This document shows, piece after piece, positions 7,833-15,967 of a DNA stretch of 24,000 nt. The DNA is taken from positions 1 through 24,000 of the forward strand of contig CBEVRO010000005.1 in assembly GCA_965552295.1 (NCBI GenBank), given 5' to 3'. The notes beneath the pieces were generated by a model. That model made no database searches, was not told the origin of the DNA, and saw nothing but the letters and a program-made list of their open reading frames with translations. Made by a program: the position numbers and the translations under genes. This DNA comes from an uncultured archaeon. GTDB lineage: Archaea > Korarchaeota > Korarchaeia > Korarchaeales > Korarchaeaceae. The first letter of the stretch is position 1. Each line of letters starts with the position of its first letter.

Positions 7833-9040
7833 CGGCGGGCTTGTCTGGAGAGTTCACGCCGACCGGAAAAGTGGTCATCCACGGAGAGGGCGTCCAGAGG
7901 CTGAAGCGTGGCGAGCACAACCTCTACCTCAAGTGGCTCCGCAGGGTACAGGGTGACGTGGAGAGAGGAGATCTGGTCGAGATAGTCTCTGACCGAGGCG
8001 AATCGCTCGGTTGGGGGTTCTACGAGGGCGTTGGGGCTATGGCAGTCAGGGTGGTAACATTCGATCCCGAGGAGAGGCCCACAGAGAAGACGTTCAGGCA
8101 GAGGATTGAGAAGGCGCTGAGGCTCAGGGAGAGGCTGAGATTGGGGAACTTCTTCAGGCTCGTTCACAGCGAGGCCGATGGGATGCCAGGCCTGATCGTC
8201 GATGTGTACTCCGATCTTGGAGTGATCTCCTCAACCTCAGCCGGTATGGACAGACGCCTCGGGTTCTTGGCTGAACTCCTCGTAGAGCTGCTGGGGCTTA
8301 GAGCGATCTTCGTTAGGAATGACACGAGAACTAGGAGGGAGGTCGGCTTACCAACCTGGAGAGGGAGGCTCCTGGGGGAGGGAGAGCCCAGAACGGTCAT
8401 AGAGGAGGGTTCGGTGAAGTTCGAGGTTGACGTTTTGAGGGGGCAGAAGACGGGCTTCTTCATAGATCAGAGAGAGAATCGTCTGCTCATGGAAAGGTAC
8501 GCTCCTCAGGGCGGAGAAGTGCTTGACCTCTACTCTTATACGGGTGGATTCGGGCTCCACGCTTTAGCCGGCGGCGCCAGGCGCGCCACGCTGGTGGACG
8601 AGTCAGATTACGCGGTGGAGGCCGCTTTGAAGAACGCCGAGTTGAATGGGTTTGAGGGAAGGGTCAGCGCGGTGAGGGGCAGGGTGAAGGAGTTCCTAGA
8701 GTCGGCCATCGAGAGGGGAGCTGCGTTTGACGCCGTGGTGGTGGATCCGCCTGCTCTAGTCCCCAGCAGGGATCGAATGTCCATGGGGCTCAGGACCTAC
8801 GTGGCAGTGAACGCGACCGCGATGAAGGTCGTGCGGCCTGGCGGGCTCATGATATCTATGAGCTGCAGTCAGTTCGTGACTGCAGAGAGGCTGAGGAGCA
8901 TTCTACTTGACGCGGCAAGCAAGGCGGGAAGGCGGATTAAATTCCTGGGTGGAGTATTGGGGCAGTCCCCTGACCACCCAGTTGACCCACTGCACCCGTG
9001 GACTGGGTACCTGAAGGGCTACGCCTTTGTGGTGGAGTAA
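7829..9040 (+). CDS. Class I SAM-dependent RNA methyltransferase with N-terminal PUA-like domain (RlmI / PH1915-like)
   Basis: SAM motif I LDLYSYTGGFGLHA and motif IV VVVDPPAL. The N-terminal GDLVEIVSDRGESLGWGFYE...VRVVTF matches the PUA-type front end of this family. The GTG start overlaps the pepQ stop (GTGA at 7829-7832). An alternative GTG lies at 7871. Confidence 0.75.
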   Translation: MTAGLSGEFTPTGKVVIHGEGVQRLKRGEHNLYLKWLRRVQGDVERGDLVEIVSDRGESLGWGFYEGVGAMAVRVVTFDPEERPTEKTFRQRIEKALRLRERLRLGNFFRLVHSEADGMPGLIVDVYSDLGVISSTSAGMDRRLGFLAELLVELLGLRAIFVRNDTRTRREVGLPTWRGRLLGEGEPRTVIEEGSVKFEVDVLRGQKTGFFIDQRENRLLMERYAPQGGEVLDLYSYTGGFGLHALAGGARRATLVDESDYAVEAALKNAELNGFEGRVSAVRGRVKEFLESAIERGAAFDAVVVDPPALVPSRDRMSMGLRTYVAVNATAMKVVRPGGLMISMSCSQFVTAERLRSILLDAASKAGRRIKFLGGVLGQSPDHPVDPLHPWTGYLKGYAFVVE

Positions 9041-9043
9041 CGG

Positions 9044-9265
9044 TCAGACTAAGGTCGTCTGGCGACCCCTCCTCGCCTGGGACTCACGCATCGGGATGTA
9101 TACTATCCTCTCGCCCTCCAGCCTAACCTCGAGCCTGTCTCCCTTCGCCAGCCTCAGCCGGTCAACGAAGGTCTTGGGCAGGGTTACGTGGTAAGTTCGG
9201 TAGCTCCTACCTCCTCTCTCCCACACCTTCTCTTGGAGCTTGACCACTATCCGGGGCAGATCCAT
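9044..9265 (-). CDS. AbrB/SpoVT (swapped-hairpin) family small DNA-binding protein
   Basis: 73 aa. VTLPKTFVDRLRLAKGDRLEVRLEGERIVYIP is the typical SpoVT-AbrB pattern, followed by a basic tail (RESQARRGRQ). The ATG lies 5 nt after the stop of the upstream 121-aa gene (TAG-GGGGG-ATG). Confidence 0.6.
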   Translation of the reverse strand: MDLPRIVVKLQEKVWERGGRSYRTYHVTLPKTFVDRLRLAKGDRLEVRLEGERIVYIPMRESQARRGRQTTLV

Positions 9266-9270
9266 CCCCC

Positions 9271-9636
9271 CTAGTTGTTAGGCCGGCTCAACCAGAACCC
9301 AGCCTCCGCCAGGGGATCAGCCAGCTCGCCGGAGACGTAGGCCCTGACCAGATCCCTCGGATCCGTGAAGGTGGGGGTCATAACGGCCACCTCCTCCTCG
9401 ACGAGCACTTCGGCGACCGACGGAGCTAAAGCCCCCACCACTATATCTATCTCCAACTCTCTCACAAGCTCAAGCACAGCGCTGGAGCAGCCCTCGCTGA
9501 GCTGGAAGAACTCTGCCTCCTCAACCAGCCCCGAGTCCCCTATACCCACGTAGAGTACGCCAGAGCACTCGGCGCAGTCTCGGCAGACCTTCACTCCAGC
9601 TCCGCCATATGACACGAGTATTGCCAGCCTGATCAA
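9271..9636 (-). CDS. Small alpha/beta protein with CxxCxxC motif, loosely NifB/NifX-like (COG1433-like) in layout
   Basis: 121 aa. The pattern IRLAILVS...V(CRDCAEC)SGVLYVGI...EIDIVVGALAPSVAEVLVEEEVAV mimics the strand/helix order of COG1433 proteins. The usual HFG segment is replaced by CRDCAEC (nt 9565-9585), and a fourth Cys occurs at EGCSS. TTG start. The fold assignment is tentative. Confidence 0.45.
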   Translation of the reverse strand: MIRLAILVSYGGAGVKVCRDCAECSGVLYVGIGDSGLVEEAEFFQLSEGCSSAVLELVRELEIDIVVGALAPSVAEVLVEEEVAVMTPTFTDPRDLVRAYVSGELADPLAEAGFWLSRPNN

Positions 9637-9665
9637 CTTTGGGTCGTAGGCAACTTCTAGGGTGG

Positions 9666-9672
9666 CTTATAG
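9666..9672 (-). promoter_or_regulatory. TATA-like box for the 121-aa/AbrB operon
   Basis: The minus strand reads CTATAAG, 30-36 nt upstream of the TTG at 9636. Confidence 0.4.
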
Positions 9673-9730
9673 AGTTGAGGGTCGCCTCTACCACTGAGCC
9701 TACCTAACTGGGGACTTAGGGTCTGGCGCC

Positions 9731-9743
9731 TTCATTTTATTGG
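9731..9743 (+). promoter_or_regulatory. TATA-like box for reverse gyrase (near-leaderless spacing)
   Basis: TTCATTTTATTGG is centred about 29 nt upstream of the ATG at 9766. No Shine-Dalgarno is evident. Confidence 0.45.
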
Positions 9744-9765
9744 AACTAGCGGTTAGGGAAGTTGA

Positions 9766-12700
9766 ATGATTCCGGCGATATTCCGGAGGCTCTGCCCGGA
9801 CTCCGACGAGGATCTAGTGACCCACGAAGACGCGTGCGCCTCGTGCCTGCCAGAGTCCAGAATCTGGAAGGTGAAGTCTCTCCTAGAGGAGTACGAGAGA
9901 TTCTTCGAGGCCTGCATCGGATCGAGGCCGTGGTCGATTCAGAGGACGTGGGCCAGGAGGGTTCTGCTCAGGGAGAGCTTTGCTATGCTTGCCCCCACCG
10001 GAGTCGGTAAGACCGCGTTCGGCCTCGTAACTTCACTGTTCCACCACCATGCAAACTGGGGCCGATCCTACGTGATAGTTCCCACGGTCCTGCTCGTCCA
10101 GCAGTCCAAGGAGGACTTGGAGGCCTACGCTCAGAGAGCCCTCCAGAGGGGGATGGCCGACGACCCTCCAAGGATCTTGGCTTACTGGGGCGGGATGAGC
10201 AAGAAAGAGAAGGAGGAGACCCTAGAATCCATATCCTCAGGCGACTTCGACGTACTCGTCACCACATCGCAGTTCCTCTCGAGGAATCTGGACCTCCTTC
10301 TTGGAAAGGAGTACGGATTCATATTTGTCGACGACGTAGACTCTCTCCTCAAGACCTCGAAGAACATAGACCGGGTGCTCATGCTAATTGGGTTTGACGA
10401 GAAGGACATCAAATTGGCCCTGAGAGACCCCACTTACCGGCTAGAGAAGGGTCCAACAGGCTCTCTCGTACTGTCGACGGCGACTGGCAGGCCTGGGCCG
10501 AGAGCAATCCTCTTTAGGAGGCTCCTGGGCTTCGACATAGGCGCTCTCAGGGGAACAACTCTTAGGAACGTCGAAGACATCGTGGTTAGATCTAGGCAGC
10601 TGGAGTCCCTCACAGAGCTAGTTAGTCGCATGGGAGACGGCGGAATAGTGCTCCTCGCCGATATGTCGATGGCAGAGCAGATCAAGTCTGCTGTGGAGGC
10701 TGCCGGCGTCACGGCCGAGGTTGTCGTAGGCTCCGAGGAGGTGGCGATAAGGCGCTTCGCCGCTGGAGAGATTGGCGTCCTCATAGGGGCTGCAAAGCCC
10801 TACGGCGTGCTTGTCAGAGGCCTAGACCTACCTGAGAGGGTCAGGTACGCTCTCTTCTATAGTGTTCCCAGGTTCTCCGCCACCGTAGCTGAGGTCAAAC
10901 AGCTGAGCGAGAGGGCCCTCGCGGTATACCTTGGCATTCTGTCCCCTGTGCTGGGTCCGAAGGCTGCGGGACTCTCTAGAAGGCTCAGGCTAGGCAGGTT
11001 CTCTGCTGAAGACGTCGAGGAGGCCAAGAAGCTGGTGGCCCAAGCGATGAGCGATCCATCCATCTTGGAGAAGGTCTCTCGCCTCGCCACACTGGTCGTA
11101 GAGACGACCGAGCAGGGCGTCAGGCTAGTTATACCAGACGTGCGGACGTACATCCAAGGTTCGGGGAGGACGTCTCGCCTGTACCCGGGTGGACTCACGA
11201 GGGGGGTTTCCTTCCTGCTCGACGAGGGGCCCCTCCTCGACGCCTTCCTCAGAAGGGCTAGCGCCTACGAGCTGGAGTTCAAGGACATCTCTGAGGTGGA
11301 TCTTAATGCTCTGATGAGGGAGATAGACGAGGACAGGAGGAGGGTCAGGGAGGCGGCCAGAGGGGAGGTAGCCAAGACCGCGGAACTTCTCAAGACGGCC
11401 CTATTCATAGTAGAGAGCCCAAACAAGGCTAGAACTATAGCGAGGTTCTTCGGCCGACCATCTAGGCGTATAGTAGAGGGCCTGCCTGTGTACGAGGTCT
11501 GCGCAGGCGGGCTGCTGCTCACTATAGCCGCGAGCGGGGGGCACGTGGTCGACCTCACCACCGTCGGGGGTTACCACGGCGTGCTCATTGAGGACGGGCT
11601 ATTCATCCCTGTTTACACGACTAGGAAGAGGTGCAGATCTTGCGGGCATCAGTTCACGGACTTCGAGAAGTGTCCTCACTGTGGTTCAGAGGACCTCTTC
11701 GACTCCCGCGAATCCATCGAGGTCCTCAGAAAGCTAGCCTTCGAGGCCGGAAAGGTGATCATCGCCACGGATCCAGACACCGAGGGGGAGAAGATCGCGT
11801 GGGATCTGGCCCAGCTCCTGTCGATGTTCTCAGAGGAGGTGTGGAGGGCCGAATTCCACGAGGTCACCAAGCGGGCAATCTCCGACGCTCTCAAGGAGCT
11901 TCATCAAGTGAGCGAGTCTCGCGTCAAGGCTCAGATAGTCAGACGCATTGAGGACAGGTGGATCGGTTTTGAGCTGAGCCAAGAGCTTCAGCGGGTATTC
12001 AAGAACAGGAACCTATCCGCTGGGAGGGCTCAGACGCCCACGCTGGGGTGGATCATTCAGAGGTACTGCGAGTACGTGAAGCGAAAGGACGTGACGCTCG
12101 TTAGAGCTGGGGGCCTGCTCAGGCTCACGCTCGAAGGTAAGGTTGGAGAGCAGGGGCCCGCAACCGTCGATGTGGTCAAGGTCCAGGAGGAGGAGGTGGA
12201 TCTACCTCCGCTGCCACCGTTCACCACCGACGAGATGCTGAGGGAGGCCAGCAGGATCCTAAGGCTGGGCGCCAAGGAGACGATGGCTATAGCCCAAGAC
12301 CTCTTCGAGGCCGGTCTGATAACCTACCACAGAACGGACAGCGCGAGGGTGTCAGACGCCGGGCTCAGAGTGGCGAGGGAGTACCTAAGAGAGGGCTTTG
12401 TACCTAGGAGGTGGGACGAGGGCGGGGCCCACGAGTGCATAAGGCCCACGAAGCCTCTGCCTGTTGAGGAGCTGATTCAGTACCTCAGAGAAGGATTGAT
12501 ACCGTCTGAGGGAATCACGAGAGACCACCTGAGGCTTTACAGGCTGATATTCTGCCGATTCATGGCGTCGCAGTCGGCGCAAGCAAGAGTCCGCAAAGCC
12601 AAGTACGTCTTGACGATCGCCGATAGGCGGGTTGAGGTTGAGAGGACCGAGGAGGTGCTGATCCCAGGCTGGTCAAAGTACTACCCCTACGGGCTGAGGC

Positions 12701-13089
12701 TGGAGAGACCACTGCCAGAGGGGCCTCTGGAAGTCGAGATCAGGCACCTCAAAGTGCCGGGGGCTCCGCTATACAGTCAGGGTGACGTGATCAGGCTGAT
12801 GAAAGAGAAGGGAATAGGCAGGCCCTCGACGTACGCCACGATAATCGACAGGCTGCTCGCTCGTAGGTACGTGGTCGACAGGAGGGGCAGACTCTTCCCG
12901 ACCAAGCGGGGGATAATGGTCTACGACTACCTGATCAGCAGGTACCCCGACCTGGTGAGCGAGGAGAGGACTGCCAACCTCGAGGAGCGGATGGAGGCAG
13001 TTGAGGAGGGCCTCTTAGACTATCAGGAAGTGCTCGCTGACGTGTACTCTGAGATAAGGTCGAAGGTGGGGGGAGGGAGAGGGAGTTAG
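9766..13089 (+). CDS. rgy: Reverse gyrase (SF2 helicase-like domain fused to type IA topoisomerase)
   Basis: Helicase-like half: Walker A LAPTGVGKT, DDVD box (FVDDVDS) and STATGRP. Topoisomerase half: Toprim FIVESPNKARTIARFFGRPS, DPDTEGEKIAWD, an internal zinc ribbon CRSCGHQFTDFEKCPHCG and the catalytic Tyr context GLITYHRTDS. Length is 1107 aa. Confidence 0.95.
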   Translation: MIPAIFRRLCPDSDEDLVTHEDACASCLPESRIWKVKSLLEEYERFFEACIGSRPWSIQRTWARRVLLRESFAMLAPTGVGKTAFGLVTSLFHHHANWGRSYVIVPTVLLVQQSKEDLEAYAQRALQRGMADDPPRILAYWGGMSKKEKEETLESISSGDFDVLVTTSQFLSRNLDLLLGKEYGFIFVDDVDSLLKTSKNIDRVLMLIGFDEKDIKLALRDPTYRLEKGPTGSLVLSTATGRPGPRAILFRRLLGFDIGALRGTTLRNVEDIVVRSRQLESLTELVSRMGDGGIVLLADMSMAEQIKSAVEAAGVTAEVVVGSEEVAIRRFAAGEIGVLIGAAKPYGVLVRGLDLPERVRYALFYSVPRFSATVAEVKQLSERALAVYLGILSPVLGPKAAGLSRRLRLGRFSAEDVEEAKKLVAQAMSDPSILEKVSRLATLVVETTEQGVRLVIPDVRTYIQGSGRTSRLYPGGLTRGVSFLLDEGPLLDAFLRRASAYELEFKDISEVDLNALMREIDEDRRRVREAARGEVAKTAELLKTALFIVESPNKARTIARFFGRPSRRIVEGLPVYEVCAGGLLLTIAASGGHVVDLTTVGGYHGVLIEDGLFIPVYTTRKRCRSCGHQFTDFEKCPHCGSEDLFDSRESIEVLRKLAFEAGKVIIATDPDTEGEKIAWDLAQLLSMFSEEVWRAEFHEVTKRAISDALKELHQVSESRVKAQIVRRIEDRWIGFELSQELQRVFKNRNLSAGRAQTPTLGWIIQRYCEYVKRKDVTLVRAGGLLRLTLEGKVGEQGPATVDVVKVQEEEVDLPPLPPFTTDEMLREASRILRLGAKETMAIAQDLFEAGLITYHRTDSARVSDAGLRVAREYLREGFVPRRWDEGGAHECIRPTKPLPVEELIQYLREGLIPSEGITRDHLRLYRLIFCRFMASQSAQARVRKAKYVLTIADRRVEVERTEEVLIPGWSKYYPYGLRLERPLPEGPLEVEIRHLKVPGAPLYSQGDVIRLMKEKGIGRPSTYATIIDRLLARRYVVDRRGRLFPTKRGIMVYDYLISRYPDLVSEERTANLEERMEAVEEGLLDYQEVLADVYSEIRSKVGGGRGS

Positions 13090-15878
13090 CTCCCCTGGCC
13101 CTCCTCCACCAAGTACAGCTCGTCTACCCTCAGCTCCAGCTTCATGTCAGGGTGGAGCTTCATGTAACGCGCAAGCGCCGCTATCCTGAGTTCTGATGGG
13201 ATCATCGTGAGCATCGATGCGGGGGCACGGCCCCACACTCTGAGCATGGTCGTTATCCTCTTCTCGACATTTGGCCACACCTTGCCCATCAGTATCTCTT
13301 CGAACTGCCTCACAGTCTCCTTCAAGGATTCTATCGACTTCTCTGCCTCTTGGAGGACTTTAGACGCCTCAGAGAGGTCTCCGACGTTGGCTAGCACTTC
13401 TGTCCTAGATAGCCTCTTCTCTATCCTTGTGGCCCGCTCCTCTATCCCGACCAATCCCTCCTCCTTGTAGTTCGTCGCAACAGAGACCACCGCCTGCAGT
13501 TTCGATCTGGCTTTCTGGATCCGCTCCCTGAGTTCCTCTAGAGATGGAACAACGACCCGCTCTGGCGGTGGAGCCGGCTTCTCGACCTCAGGAGGCGCTG
13601 GGACCCTCTTGGGTTCTGGCGGGGGCGGTGGTGGCGCCTCCTTCACCTCGAGCCTCTCCAATGTCGGCCGAACTTCAGGTCTCACAGGTCTGGGCGGCGG
13701 AGGAGGCGGTGGCGTAGGAGGCCTTGCAGCCTTTCTAGCGCCCAGCACCCTGATCGCTATTATAGCCCCCACGACTCCTATCACAGCCGCAGCGGCGTAA
13801 GGAGCGTATTCCTTCAGCAAGCGCGTGGGCGGAGCTGTTGAAGGAGGTGGCGTCGTTCTCGGCGGCGCTGAGATTACCTCTAAGCCTCCCGGAATGGTTA
13901 TCGAGTCCACTACCGTGTCTCCCACTATAACAGTGACCGTGACGTCCCTGACGCCGGATCCAAAGGCTCTCCCAGTCAACGAGACTTCCGCGTATTCTCC
14001 GGCAGAGAGCGGCCCCACTCTCTGGGTCTCAGATGTGATGTTTGAGCCGCTGATTGACACTGAGAAGATGGCTCCGTCCTCATACCTGTTCACCAGAGTG
14101 AGCCTCACCTTGAAGCTCTCTCCCTCCTTAACCACGCTTGGAGATATTTGGGGCGTCTCCCCTATTACGGACCCTCTCTCCACGGAGATCCCGAATCTAT
14201 CCTCATGGACCGTCTCCGTATCGATCACCACGGCCACGGTGCACCTGAAGATCCCAGGCTTCGGAGGGACTAGCCTCACAGCGAACATCCTGGACCCGCC
14301 CAGTGCTATGTACCCCTCCTCTGATCTGACCTTCTCGAACCCGTCGCACTCGACAGATACGTACGCTATTCCCTCCTTCCAGCCGTTAGTCACACCGATT
14401 GAGATCTCGGCCTCCTCCCCGACTACCAGCGACTGAGGGACCGATACCGCGACCCCTGGTGTCAGAGGCGGCTGGACGGGTGGGGCCTGGCCAAGCTGTA
14501 TCTCCACTGGCGGCGACGTCAGGTGCATGCCCGAGAGCGTGAAGATTACTGAGAAGGATCCTGAGACGTCTATCGAGGCGCTCCTTCGATAGCACCCTCC
14601 GGCAGCGACTCTGAAGCTCTCTCTATAGAGTTCCCCGCCTAGCTCGTTCTTCGCAATGAGCTCAACTCTACCCTCGGTCCCCAGGAAGGCGCACACAGTT
14701 AGATCGACCGAGAGGGTGCCGTCCTCGACGGAGTAGCTGTCTACCCTAACGCTTAGCAGGGGAACGCTCAGAGCCACCAATCTCCCGTCTGATGTGTAGA
14801 AGAAGGCCTCTTGGACGCCCGCGTCGTATCCGACGCCTGATATGAATCTCACTCCCTCTCCCAAGCTGTACTCAAATGCTACATCTACTTGAGAGGGAAC
14901 CGCGGGCGCCCCTACCAGCGCCCCCTGCACCGTCCACATGAGCATTAGCGTGTTGGCTATTGTGGGCTGAGAGATCGGGTTGTAGTTGAGGTAGATCACG
15001 TCCAGCTTCCTGAAGCTCCTAAGGCCGACCGGATAGATCCTAGCCCGCTTCGTAACTACGTACATAATGTCGCCGTAGTGCTTTATCTCGCCGGGCGCCG
15101 GCTCGGGCGTTGGGAGCCTGAGAGTTCTCTGAATAGTTCCCCCTGTGAGATCTATTGCGAACACGGTTCCCTGATCAGACACAGCGTAGAGCGTCCCTTC
15201 AATTAGGGTGGCGGCCCTGACCGCAGAATTCAGTGACAAACTCCACACAGCGCTGCCAGTCAGTGGATCTACCATCGTGACGCCAGAGGAGTGTCCAACG
15301 ACGACATATTCACCGTCCGAGAGGAGTATTAGCGCTTTTCCAGGGAGCGAGATCCTCCAGCGCGAGGCTCCAGTTAGAGCGTCGATTCCAACAATTTCGG
15401 TGCCAGCCGAGAGTACAAGCACTCCCGCGGCGTAAGCTGGCTTGACAGACGTATCCAGTCCCGCGATCTCTATTCCACCCTCAAAGACACTGGTTCCATC
15501 TATTACCCTGATTCCGTAGACCCTCCCCCACGAAGTCACAACGTAGACGACTCCTCCCCCCACCGCGAACTCGGCGCTTGGTGTAGAGGGCAGATTGACA
15601 GTCCACAGCGCCTGCTTTGTGGTCGGGCTGAGCAGGGACACTGAGCCTAAATCGGGGTACACGCACACAACGCCGACGCTGGTTACGAGGGGTGTCGGAA
15701 GCCGCAAACCTTGCGGAATGTAGTCGGATATCGTGTAATTCCAAGTTACCTCGAGCCCGCTGAATATTGGGCTCGCTCCTGTCTGTCCGGCGTCGGCCAA
15801 GCTCGTAGAGGTAAGACCTGTGAGAGAGGAGATCAGAAACAAGAACAAAGACATGCCAATTAACGCCCTAATTCGCAT
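13086..15878 (-). CDS. Type-I membrane protein with signal peptide, PQQ-like beta-propeller repeats, Ig-like (CARDB-like) modules, TM helix, polyproline linker and helical cytoplasmic domain
   Basis: The ORF opens at 15926, but Met17 (nt 15878) starts a classical signal peptide MRIRALIGMSLFLFLISSLTGL. Repeated propeller-blade patterns occur, such as GGVVYVVTSWGRVYGIRVIDGT, EIVGIDALTGASRWRISL, VTMVDPLTGSAVWSLSL and LYAVSDQGTVFAIDLTGGT. Three beta-sandwich-like segments follow (e.g. VSVPQSLVVGEEAEISIGVTN), then a P/T stalk. The TM helix is YAPYAAAAVIGVVGAIIAIRVLGA (about nt 13737-13808). The 216-aa tail starts with PPTPPPPPPPRP...APPPPPPEP...KPAPPP. Confidence 0.8.
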   Translation of the reverse strand: MRIRALIGMSLFLFLISSLTGLTSTSLADAGQTGASPIFSGLEVTWNYTISDYIPQGLRLPTPLVTSVGVVCVYPDLGSVSLLSPTTKQALWTVNLPSTPSAEFAVGGGVVYVVTSWGRVYGIRVIDGTSVFEGGIEIAGLDTSVKPAYAAGVLVLSAGTEIVGIDALTGASRWRISLPGKALILLSDGEYVVVGHSSGVTMVDPLTGSAVWSLSLNSAVRAATLIEGTLYAVSDQGTVFAIDLTGGTIQRTLRLPTPEPAPGEIKHYGDIMYVVTKRARIYPVGLRSFRKLDVIYLNYNPISQPTIANTLMLMWTVQGALVGAPAVPSQVDVAFEYSLGEGVRFISGVGYDAGVQEAFFYTSDGRLVALSVPLLSVRVDSYSVEDGTLSVDLTVCAFLGTEGRVELIAKNELGGELYRESFRVAAGGCYRRSASIDVSGSFSVIFTLSGMHLTSPPVEIQLGQAPPVQPPLTPGVAVSVPQSLVVGEEAEISIGVTNGWKEGIAYVSVECDGFEKVRSEEGYIALGGSRMFAVRLVPPKPGIFRCTVAVVIDTETVHEDRFGISVERGSVIGETPQISPSVVKEGESFKVRLTLVNRYEDGAIFSVSISGSNITSETQRVGPLSAGEYAEVSLTGRAFGSGVRDVTVTVIVGDTVVDSITIPGGLEVISAPPRTTPPPSTAPPTRLLKEYAPYAAAAVIGVVGAIIAIRVLGARKAARPPTPPPPPPPRPVRPEVRPTLERLEVKEAPPPPPPEPKRVPAPPEVEKPAPPPERVVVPSLEELRERIQKARSKLQAVVSVATNYKEEGLVGIEERATRIEKRLSRTEVLANVGDLSEASKVLQEAEKSIESLKETVRQFEEILMGKVWPNVEKRITTMLRVWGRAPASMLTMIPSELRIAALARYMKLHPDMKLELRVDELYLVEEGQGS

Positions 15879-15932
15879 CCGTAACCACCGATCAACTGGC
15901 TTGTTTGGACTACAAGCGAAGGACATGCTACA

Positions 15933-15942
15933 TTCATTTTAA
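15933..15942. promoter_or_regulatory. Single A/T box in the divergent xerA / membrane-protein intergenic region
   Basis: TTCATTTTAA lies about 27-33 nt upstream of the xerA ATG at 15968. It lies about 58 nt upstream of the minus-strand ATG at 15878. Confidence 0.35.
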
Positions 15943-15967
15943 CTTGCCTTCGTCACGTACAGCGGGA

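Noticed and set aside
9044-9636. AbrB-like gene pair as a type II toxin-antitoxin (VapBC/MazEF-like) module.
   Set aside because: The partner gene lies upstream of the AbrB gene. It shows no PIN, MazF or other toxin motifs, and instead resembles a NifX-like alpha/beta fold with a CxxCxxC motif.
9685-9700. The minus-strand sequence GGCTCAGTGGTAGAGG resembles a tRNA D-arm, suggesting a tRNA, split-tRNA half or att-site remnant.
   Set aside because: I could not build an acceptor stem, anticodon arm or T-arm (no GTTCRANYC-like T-loop) on either strand. The flanking GTAGGC/GCCTAC pairing spans only about 58 nt. The segment coincides with the promoter region of the 121-aa gene. tRNAscan-SE, ARAGORN or a split-tRNA search would settle it.
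9762-10010. 82-aa plus-strand ORF starting 4 nt upstream of rgy in another frame.
   Set aside because: It overlaps the well-supported reverse gyrase frame, is Arg/Gly-rich, and matches no motif.
13086-13089. 4-nt overlap of convergent stop codons (TTAG) of rgy and the membrane protein, with a small GGGAG-ttag-CTCCC hairpin.
   Set aside because: The overlap is real, but it is only a 5-bp stem. It is most simply explained by genome compaction and is not distinctive enough to report as a finding.
13557-13721. GC-rich low-complexity DNA (GGCGG/GGTGG runs) that could be mistaken for a tandem repeat array.
   Set aside because: It has no regular period or spacer structure. It is the coding sequence of the polyproline cytoplasmic linker.
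13609-14436. Plus-strand ORFs of 63 aa (poly-Gly) and 203 aa inside the 946-aa gene.
   Set aside because: They are antisense shadows. The poly-Gly is simply the complement of the polyproline tract, and no independent signals support them.
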